From a virus: DNA of 64,000 nucleotides. The notes beneath the pieces are model-generated. The model saw only the letters and a program-made list of their open reading frames with translations, was not told the origin of the DNA and did no database searches. Both the position numbers and the translations under genes were made by a program. The DNA lies in IMG/VR virus record IMGVR_UViG_3300045988_085326, positions 64,001-128,000 of that record, one strand, 5' to 3'. Shown here piece by piece: positions 51,488 to 58,439 of the stretch (positions are counted from its first letter, which is position 1; each line of letters opens with the position of its first letter).

Positions 51488-51688
51488 ATGAGAATTAATG
51501 TTGAAATGAAATGTCCTTTTTGTGGCTCTACCCATGCAGTTGAAGTAAACCTTGCACAGTTTGAGGCTTGAGAGAATGGCGAACTCATTCAAAACGCAAT
51601 GCCAGACTTATCAGCAACTGAGCGAGAGCAGTTAATTTCTCACATTTGTCCTAAATGTCAAGCAGATTTTTTTGAAGGAGAAGAGTAA
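51488..51688 (+). CDS. Cys4 zinc-ribbon protein split by an in-frame TGA (51569..51571)
   Basis: MRINVEMKCPFCGSTHAVEVNLAQFEA-TGA-ENGELIQNAMPDLSATEREQLISHICPKCQADFFEGEE. The two CxxC pairs lie on either side of the stop. Own promoter at ~51425 and terminator at ~51677..51703. Confidence 0.4.
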
Positions 51689-51706
51689 TCTTCTCCTTTT
51701 TTTGGT

Positions 51707-51733
51707 CGCGCCGCGCACGTTCCTCGCGCGGCG
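51707..51733. repeat. one copy of the recurring extreme-GC hairpin CGCCGCGCACGTTCCTCGCGCGGCG. Similar hairpins at 46383..46410, 47924..47950, 49370..49395, 50483..50510, 53937..53964, 54994..55020 and ~56497..56520
   Basis: 7-8 bp all-GC stems in a ~30% GC genome. Each follows the ordinary terminator of the upstream gene and precedes a TGTCAAG and TCCCGAAAT module and the next promoter. Confidence 0.7.
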
Positions 51734-51828
51734 ATTTTTTCATTATACCATACCGCCGCAAATTTGTCAAGCGAAATGTGAGAAAAAATTGCACAAATCC
51801 GCATCCCGAAATTTGTGCAATTTGTATG

Positions 51829-51857
51829 TTGACTTTTGTATGTAGCGATGCTATAAT
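51829..51857 (+). promoter_or_regulatory. early sigma-A-type promoter preceded by palindromic ATTGCACAAAT...ATTTGTGCAAT site
   Basis: TTGACT-17-TATAAT. The inverted repeat 51788..51822 is centred on TCCCGAAAT. Confidence 0.6.
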
Positions 51858-51891
51858 GTATTTACAAGGTAAGGAAAGCGAGGTAAACAAA

Positions 51892-52068
51892 ATGGCACTT
51901 GACAAGGCAATTATGAGCGGTAAAGAACACCGCAAAATATATAGAGGTAGTAAGAGTATTGATAGGACTTGTCGCAATCATGGTTCTTGTGATTGGTGTC
52001 GTGAAAATCGACAATATAAAAATTTAAAAAAATTGCAAAAAACTCTTGACATGATGAAAGAGGTCTGA
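51892..52068 (+). CDS. small Cys-containing protein, 58 aa
   Basis: Canonical leader AAGGAAAGCGAGGTAAACAAAATG. CRNHGSCDWC. Confidence 0.5.
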   Translation: MALDKAIMSGKEHRKIYRGSKSIDRTCRNHGSCDWCRENRQYKNLKKLQKTLDMMKEV

Positions 52069-52108
52069 TATAATAGTATTACAAGGTAAGGAAAGAGAGG
52101 ATAAAAAA

Positions 52109-52822
52109 ATGCAGAAAGAATATTTTATGGTACTTGATACAGAAACCGCAAACAGTGTAGAACAGCCACTTCCTTATGATATTGGCTATGCTATATGCGA
52201 TAGACAAGGAAATGTTGAAATTGCAAGAAGTTTTGTAGTCGCTGAAATGTTCCTTGACAATAAAGACCTTATGCAGTCCGCATATTTCGCTGAAAAGATT
52301 CCGCAGTATTGGGAAGATATCAAAAGCGGAAAAAGAGAGTTAAAAACTTTCTACAATATCCGCAAACAGTTGAAAGCAGATATGCAAGCCTATGGAGTAA
52401 CCAAAGTTGGGGCTTACAATATGGGCTTTGACAAGAGAGCTTTAAACAATGATACACGCTATATCACAAAGTCTTTCTTGCGGTGGTTCTTCCCTTATGG
52501 CACAGAGTTCTTTTGTATCTGGAATATGGCTTGTAGTGTGATTTTAAACAGACCGAGTTATATCAAATTTGCCCTTGAAAATGGTTTTGTTTCCGAGGCT
52601 GGAAATATTCAGACTTCCGCGGAATGTGCATATAGATATATTACAAAAGACACTGATTTTGTGGAAAGTCATACAGGTTTGGAAGATGTGCTAATTGAAG
52701 TCGCAATTATGGCATACTGTTATAGACAACATAAGCCTTTTGAAAACTCTATCAATTCCGCTTGTTGGCGAAAAGTACAGAGAGCGAGAAAAGAAATGGA
52801 ATTAAAACAAGTGTTCGCTTAG
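52109..52822 (+). CDS. DEDDh-family 3'-5' exonuclease (DnaQ/RNase T-like)
   Basis: Exo I FMVLDTETAN, Exo II YNMGFD, Exo III SHTGLEDV. Confidence 0.65.
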   Translation: MQKEYFMVLDTETANSVEQPLPYDIGYAICDRQGNVEIARSFVVAEMFLDNKDLMQSAYFAEKIPQYWEDIKSGKRELKTFYNIRKQLKADMQAYGVTKVGAYNMGFDKRALNNDTRYITKSFLRWFFPYGTEFFCIWNMACSVILNRPSYIKFALENGFVSEAGNIQTSAECAYRYITKDTDFVESHTGLEDVLIEVAIMAYCYRQHKPFENSINSACWRKVQRARKEMELKQVFA

Positions 52823-53052
52823 GCGAACGCTTGTTCGAGACGTGCACAAAATTTTCAAAAAGTCAAATAAAAAATTTTTAAAAAAACTATTGACAATAAA
52901 AAATAAAAGTGTTATAATAGTATTATCGAAAGGAAAGAGGTTTGAAAAGAGCAAAGAAAAAAAATAAAAAAAACTCTTGACAAACTAAAAACCTTATGAT
53001 ATAATAAATACATAAAGAACAACAAATAAAAATTTTAAGAAAGAAAGAGGTA

Positions 53053-53439
53053 ATGAGCATGGAAAAGAAAATGACTAAGAAAGAGTATTTTGCAGTATTG
53101 GCTGAGGTAGTAGCAAATTCCGACATGGAAAACAAAGAGGGCGCACTTGCCTTTATCGCTCACGAGGTTGAACTTCTTGAAAAGAAGTCCGCAAAGAGCG
53201 GTCAGACTAAAACTCAAAAGGAAAATGCTGAAATCCTTGTAAAGATTAAGACTGAACTTGCAGAGGTTGGCAAGGCTGTTACTATCACTGAACTTCAGGC
53301 GGCTTCTGCTGAAATGGCACAGTACAGTAATCAGAAACTTTCCGCACTCTTAAAGAAACTTGTTGAGAGTGGCGAGGTTGTAAAAACTACTGAAAAGAAA
53401 AAGTCCTACTTTGCAGTAGCTGAAACCGAGGGCGAGTAA
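53053..53439 (+). CDS. paralog family A member 2, 128 aa
   Basis: Tandem promoters at ~52890 and ~52975. Close paralog of 50065..50433. Confidence 0.6.
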   Translation: MSMEKKMTKKEYFAVLAEVVANSDMENKEGALAFIAHEVELLEKKSAKSGQTKTQKENAEILVKIKTELAEVGKAVTITELQAASAEMAQYSNQKLSALLKKLVESGEVVKTTEKKKSYFAVAETEGE

Positions 53440-53560
53440 TCGCCCTCCCCAAAGGGAAAGAAAATAAAAAAAATACTTGACATTCGCCACATTGTCTGAT
53501 ATAATAATCATAGAAAGAGAGGTAAACAACATGGATAAAGAAAAACTTATCAATTAGATA

Positions 53561-53896
53561 ATGAAAGAGTGTGCAGAGGATGGCGAACCTGTCACAAGAG
53601 AAGAAACCGAAGAAATGGCGGAAATGGAATTGAAAGCCAAAAAAGATTGTCGGCGGTATGAGAGCGACAAACGAAAAGTCAAAAAGCCCTCTACAAGAGA
53701 AAAGAAAATTGATACCGAAAAAGCGCGGTTAATGGAACTGTTTAATTACTGTTTGCTTGAACCTAACCGCATTGATGATGAACTTCCTTTCAAAATTGAA
53801 TTTGTGTCAGTAGTTAATAATCAAAAAGAGATTACTTTCAGCATTGGCGAAAATGATTACTCACTTACACTGACAAAACACAGAAAGAAAAAATGA
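53561..53896 (+). CDS. paralog family B member 1, 111 aa, preceded in-frame by an 8-codon mini-ORF (53531..53557, MDKEKLIN-TAG)
   Basis: Promoter at ~53477. The canonical leader ATG is at 53531. A TAG stop comes 3 nt before ATG 53561 in the same frame. C-terminus resembles 55962..56381. Confidence 0.5.
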   Translation: MKECAEDGEPVTREETEEMAEMELKAKKDCRRYESDKRKVKKPSTREKKIDTEKARLMELFNYCLLEPNRIDDELPFKIEFVSVVNNQKEITFSIGENDYSLTLTKHRKKK

Positions 53897-54089
53897 TTTT
53901 AAGCAGGTTTCCTTGTGGGAGCCTGCTTTTTGATTTGGCGGCTCGCATGCGGTTGCCGCGAGCCGAATTTGCACACGTTAGTAATGTTGTACAATTTTTT
54001 ATTCAGATTTTTGTGCATTTTGCCTATTGTATTTATCCCGAAATGCTGTTATAATGTATTTACAAGGTAAGGAAAGAGAGGTAGTTAAA

Positions 54090-54389
54090 ATGAAAGCGAC
54101 TGGTATAGTAAGAAGAGTAGATGATTTAGGAAGAATAGTTATTCCAAGAGATATTCGAAGAATAATGCAAATCAAAGAAAGTGAACCAATGAAGTTTTTT
54201 GTAGATAAAGACGCTATTGTAATAAAAAAGATTGAGACTAATAGTTATACTTTAAGACAGACAGAAGATTGGGTAGAATTATTAGATGAAAAAGGGAAAG
54301 TATTGGCAGAAGGTCATAGTTTAAGACCAGAAGAAATCTTAACAGCACTGAATATTGATTTTGAAGTTGAAGAAGTTGAAGAAATGTAA
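54090..54389 (+). CDS. AbrB/MazE/SpoVT-family swapped-hairpin DNA-binding protein
   Basis: N-terminal MKATGIVRRVDDLGRIVIPRDIRR matches the AbrB-N signature (GIVR.VD.LGR.VIP.E.R). Confidence 0.75.
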   Translation: MKATGIVRRVDDLGRIVIPRDIRRIMQIKESEPMKFFVDKDAIVIKKIETNSYTLRQTEDWVELLDEKGKVLAEGHSLRPEEILTALNIDFEVEEVEEM

Positions 54390-54460
54390 ATTTTTTATTG
54401 ACAATAAACAAAAAGTATGATATAATAATTATAGAAACAAGGAAAGAGAGGAAAAAAAAG

Positions 54461-54712
54461 ATGTTTGTAAGAATCAATTATTCTAATGGCTATTGTGGTT
54501 GTGATGAATCAGAAGTTTTAGAAGTTGAAAATATTGAAGAAGCAGAAGTTTATGCGGCAGAGGGTATTCATGACTATGCTGAACCTTATACTTATGTAGC
54601 TACAGGTTGGGATGAAGGTTTTGAATCTGAGGAAGAAGAAGAAACCTATTATGAAAATTGTACTTTCGATATTGAAGAAATTACAGAAGAGGAATATCAA
54701 GAGGAAAAGTAA
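54461..54712 (+). CDS. highly acidic small protein, 83 aa
   Basis: Promoter at ~54398. About 35% Asp+Glu (ESEEEEETYYENCTFDIEEITEEEYQEEK). Confidence 0.5.
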   Translation: MFVRINYSNGYCGCDESEVLEVENIEEAEVYAAEGIHDYAEPYTYVATGWDEGFESEEEEETYYENCTFDIEEITEEEYQEEK

Positions 54713-54779
54713 TTTTTCTCTTGACAAACTCAAAAGAATCTGTTAGAATAAATATATCAAGAGAAAAAGAGGTAAAAGA

Positions 54780-54965
54780 ATGGAAGAACTGAAAGCCTTA
54801 GATATGATTTGGATAGTTATTAACCCTGATGGAACTTACGCGGGAACACCTTGCCTTACTTGGGAAGAAGCGAGAGAGCTTGTTGCACAGAAAGAAGGCA
54901 GGAGAGTTTTCAATCTTGACCCCAATGAAGAAGATGTAACAGAAAATGAAAATGGTTTGATTTAA
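54780..54965 (+). CDS. small hypothetical protein, 61 aa
   Basis: Promoter at ~54720. Terminator at 54966..54990. Confidence 0.45.
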   Translation: MEELKALDMIWIVINPDGTYAGTPCLTWEEARELVAQKEGRRVFNLDPNEEDVTENENGLI

Positions 54966-55396
54966 GAGGGCGCAAAGCCCTCTTTTTATTTGTCGCGCCG
55001 CGCACGTCCCTTGCGCGGCGATTTTGCCTTAACCTTTCATTATACCAAATTTTTTGCTAGATGTCAAGGGGTAAAAATAACTAAATCTAATTCCCGAAAT
55101 TTGTGCAATATTTCCTATTGATTTTTAATAAAAATTTTGCTATAATAAATACATAAAGAAAAGGAAATAAGTAGTGACTGTCAAGGCACTAAAAAATTCC
55201 AAAAAAAATAAAAAAAAAGTCTTGACAAATAAAAATGCTTATGTTATAATAAATACATAAGAAAGAGATAAAACAGAAAACAAGCACTGAAAAAACTCTT
55301 AAAAAAAAATAAAAAAAATGCTTGACAAGAAAAACTGAATATGGTATAATAAAGATGTAAAGAAAAACAAACAAAGAAAGGTAAGAGGTGTTGAGT

Positions 55397-55762
55397 ATGG
55401 CAGAAAAGAGAATTACAAAGAAAGAGTATTTTGCAATGGTAGCAGGTGTTGTTGAGCAGGTTAATCCTACAAACAAGGAAGAGTTGTTGGCTTTTATCAA
55501 CCATGAGGTTGAGTTGCTGGAAAAGAAGTCTGCTAAGTCTGGACAGACTAAGACACAGAAAGAGAATGTCGGCATTATGGAAACTATTTCTGAGGTACTT
55601 GCTGATATGGGTAAGCCTGTAACTATCACTGAACTGATGAAAGATGAGCGGTTGTCCGCATACTCTAATCAGAAGTTGTCCGCACTGGTTAGACAGATGC
55701 CTAATGTGATTAAAACTACAGAGAAAAAGAAGTCTTACTTCTCTCTTGTAGACACAGAGTAG
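55397..55762 (+). CDS. paralog family A member 3, ~121 aa
   Basis: Three stacked promoters at ~55099, ~55222, ~55319. Conserved LAFINHEVELLEKKSAKSGQTKTQKENVGIME and SNQKLSAL...TTEKKKSYFSL. Confidence 0.6.
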   Translation: MAEKRITKKEYFAMVAGVVEQVNPTNKEELLAFINHEVELLEKKSAKSGQTKTQKENVGIMETISEVLADMGKPVTITELMKDERLSAYSNQKLSALVRQMPNVIKTTEKKKSYFSLVDTE

Positions 55763-55961
55763 GCGAACATCTGTTCGGGGTGGAGAGGCTCAAATCCTCT
55801 CCCTACTCCTCAAAGACATTTTGAAAATCCTCCTTTCTATGTGGTGTGGGGCTTTTGCCCCATTCCACAAACCTTTTAAAAGATTTTCAAAAAAACTATT
55901 GACATTATAAAAATTTTTTGTTATAATTATTTTAGAAAGTTAAGAAAGAGAGGTTTTCAGT

Positions 55962-56381
55962 ATGAAATACAATTTGAATGGTAAAAATATCGATATTCCA
56001 GACGCTGATATTGAGTGGTCAATGAAAAGCCTTGAATTGACAAAAGAAGAAGCAATTCAGATGTGGCTTGAAGATGAAGGCTATCTCAGAAATGAAGAAC
56101 AAGAGGAACTGGAACGCAAGGCAAAGGAAAACCGCATTACAGCAACTATCCATCAGGCAAGCGCAAAAGACCCTCATAAAAAGACACAAAAAGAGCGGGT
56201 TCGCAAGGAAAATCCGACAAAAGAAATGGTAATTCGCGAAATTGCGGCACTTTTACCTAAATTTGCGGAAGATATTGAGATTTTGAATGTCGGAAAGCTG
56301 ATTTCTTTCAGAATTGGAGAGGAAAAGTACGAAATTGACTTAAAACAGAAAAGAAAACCGAAAGAAACCGCTAAAAAGTAG
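55962..56381 (+). CDS. paralog family B member 2, 139 aa
   Basis: Promoter at ~55896. C-terminus ISFRIGEEKYEIDLKQKRKPK parallels ITFSIGENDYSLTLTKHRKKK of 53561..53896. Confidence 0.5.
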   Translation: MKYNLNGKNIDIPDADIEWSMKSLELTKEEAIQMWLEDEGYLRNEEQEELERKAKENRITATIHQASAKDPHKKTQKERVRKENPTKEMVIREIAALLPKFAEDIEILNVGKLISFRIGEEKYEIDLKQKRKPKETAKK

Positions 56382-56931
56382 CGGTTTCCACATAATTTTC
56401 AGATAATTTGGCGGTTTTGGGCAGTTTTCACAAGAAAACTGCTCTTTTTTGTGCATTTTTTCTACTTGACAACAATATAATTATGTGCTATAATTGTCGG
56501 CGCGTCGCCGATGGTGATGCGCCGAATCCGCCTCCCCGCACGCCATATGCAATTTTTTCGTAGATGTTTGAAATCTATCATCATTTCCCCAGTTTCCCGA
56601 AAATGCCCCAGTCCAATGTATCATATGGCCGCGCCCGCCGCATGTTTGAAAATTCAAAAAATTTATAGTATAATATTTATATAAAATGAAGGAAAATATA
56701 TAAATTTGGCAGTCCATCTAAAATCTTAATACATTCATTTACTTTTATCACTGCCGCCAACATTTTTACATAAAGCCCCTGCCGCAATAAAATTGCTTAA
56801 ATACAGTTTACTCAATCATTTAAACGGAGTTGTCGGAGACACTTGAAAATTCAAAAAATTTATAGTATAATATTTATATAAAATGAAGGAAAGAACAAAA
56901 GAAATAAATCAACGATAGGAGATTATAATTT

Positions 56932-57399
56932 ATGGAAAAGAATGTAGAAATGCTGTCTTTAGCTGATGCACTGCGTGATGGAGCCTCTCTTGAGGATATT
57001 CGTAAGTCCTTTGAAGCTGCACTACAGGATGCACAGAGTGAGGTTGCCGCAGAAAAGAAGAAGGCACAAGAGGCTAAAGCTTGTAAGAATTGCGGCGATT
57101 GTGATGAGTTAGACCTCGATGTATGCCGCGAAGAGATGATTTATGCGGTTTTGGATTATCTTACAGCCCTTGGTCTTATTCCGGAAGATATGGAGATTGA
57201 GGATGATGACATTGACCATCTAATTGATATGATTAAGGAAGTTGAGGAAGAGTATAAGGCTAAGATTGGCTTCGTGGAGATGCTTTCAGTTATGGCTAAG
57301 ATGGAAGCGGATAAGAAAGAAAAGGTCAGCGAAAAGAAAGTTGCTGAAAAGCCTTCTGCTGATGATGTAATTGCTCAGTTTCTGAAGGGACTCCGTTAA
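56932..57399 (+). CDS. acidic hypothetical protein, 155 aa
   Basis: Preceded by duplicated 49-bp promoter copies at 56646 and 56842. RBS GATAGGAGA. Terminator at ~57387..57415. Confidence 0.5.
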   Translation: MEKNVEMLSLADALRDGASLEDIRKSFEAALQDAQSEVAAEKKKAQEAKACKNCGDCDELDLDVCREEMIYAVLDYLTALGLIPEDMEIEDDDIDHLIDMIKEVEEEYKAKIGFVEMLSVMAKMEADKKEKVSEKKVAEKPSADDVIAQFLKGLR

Positions 57400-57500
57400 G
57401 GGGTCTCTTTTTTCTTGATATATGCACCTTGAAAACGGAATACGGTAGACGATACAGGTCTGGTCCTGGTCGCATATCTACTATTACAAATTTTTCTTCC

Positions 57501-57652
57501 TTCATTAAAATTATTTACAAATCTTCACTTCTTCACTTCTTCATTAAAATTATTTACAAATTTTTCTTCCTTCATTAAAATTATTTACAAATTTTTCTTT
57601 CTTCATTAAAATTATTTACAAATCTTCACTCCTTCATTAAAATTATCCAAAT
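57501..57652. repeat. iteron-like array: five direct copies of TTCATTAAAATTATTTACAAAT at ~31-bp spacing (first spacing 39 bp)
   Basis: Copies at 57501, 57540, 57571, 57602 and 57633 (last copy degenerate). Spacers are short T/C-rich (TTTTCTTCC / CTTCACTCC). Lies between convergent genes. Confidence 0.8.
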
Positions 57653-57735
57653 TTCTTCATTTCCTCATTTCCGCACAAGAGCAAAGGAAAATATAAACTC
57701 CTTCGCCCTCACACATAAATTCTACTCTTCACCAT

Positions 57736-58074
57736 TTAACTAACTTGTGTAATATCCCGACCATTTTTAACTTCATATTTTACTTCATCATAATCTTCGC
57801 CTTCAATAGTAGAAAAATACTTCTTTGTCATTACCATTCCCATCGCGCTATTCTGTCTTTCCGCAACATACATACTATTTTTGCACCATGGACACACAAT
57901 ATATCCCTTTTCTGTATCTCTATTATTTATAACCAATACTTGCGGAGTCCATACAATATCTTCGTCTTCAAAAGCAGTCAAATTGCGGCAAACACTACAT
58001 CTAACTGCATTAATAATCCCCTTATCCGCCAATAAACTACCTAAACTCTTTTCTTCCTCAGAATTTAAAATCAT
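57736..58074 (-). CDS. zinc-finger protein, 112 aa (CxxC...CxxC)
   Basis: CSVCRN...CPWCKN. Confidence 0.5.
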   Translation of the reverse strand: MILNSEEEKSLGSLLADKGIINAVRCSVCRNLTAFEDEDIVWTPQVLVINNRDTEKGYIVCPWCKNSMYVAERQNSAMGMVMTKKYFSTIEGEDYDEVKYEVKNGRDITQVS

Positions 58075-58130
58075 TTTTTTAAACGCTCCTTTTTAAAATC
58101 ATTTTCTTAGATGATTGCAACGAAGCGCAA

Positions 58131-58439
58131 TCATCTATAAACCAAATTCAAATCTGCCCTCTTTAGTCTTTTTAAACCAAAAACAGAAGTAGCATAAACT
58201 AAACTCTTACAATCTACTTTATTTAATATTATCCCCGCATCTTTTAATACTTGAGTTAAAGTTTTTCCATCTATCATTACTTTATCTGCGGAAATATCTC
58301 TTGATACAGCTATATCATCATAGGCTTTTAAATCTTCTAAATCTACATATTTATGCGGCATCACGGTTTGCGAACTTACTGCATTACAACAATATGTATT
58401 ATCTCTATTAAAACTATCCATACTAAAATAATCTTTCAT
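58131..58439 (-). CDS. hypothetical protein, 102 aa
   Basis: ORF with RBS (AGGAGATTAT upstream on the minus strand). Confidence 0.45.
   Translation of the reverse strand: MKDYFSMDSFNRDNTYCCNAVSSQTVMPHKYVDLEDLKAYDDIAVSRDISADKVMIDGKTLTQVLKDAGIILNKVDCKSLVYATSVFGLKRLKRADLNLVYR

Noticed and set aside
689-53557. Alternative genetic code (stop-codon reassignment) as the explanation for the in-frame TAA, TGA and TAG
   Set aside because: All three stop codons are used as genuine terminators of long, well-formed genes throughout the window, and the three internal stops are of three different types. A recoded genome would show many internal stops of one type.
46383-56520. GC-rich hairpins considered as tRNA or other structured RNA genes
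   Set aside because: At 25-30 nt with simple single stems and no cloverleaf, anticodon arm or T-loop consensus, they are too short for tRNA. The regular position after terminators argues for boundary, terminator or recombination elements.
44061-56717. Minus-strand ORFs inside the early region (44061..44333, 44484..44717, 44728..44916, 46278..46736, 46718..46960, 47845..48117, 49486..49767, 49783..49968, 49953..50165, 50291..50563, 50520..50711, 51219..51419, 51331..51588, 51651..51977, 52923..53135, 53035..53217, 53350..53553, 54238..54477, 54518..54733, 55189..55629, 55244..55504, 56481..56717)
   Set aside because: All are antisense to plus-strand genes or run through promoter/terminator cassettes. 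They lack RBSs and have low-complexity hydrophobic translations typical of AT-rich antisense frames.
57501-57652. Considered whether the 5x ~31-bp direct repeats are a CRISPR array
   Set aside because: Spacers are only 9-17 bp and T/C low-complexity, repeats are AT-rich and non-palindromic, and there are no cas genes or leader. The regular spacing fits iterons or protein-binding repeats better.
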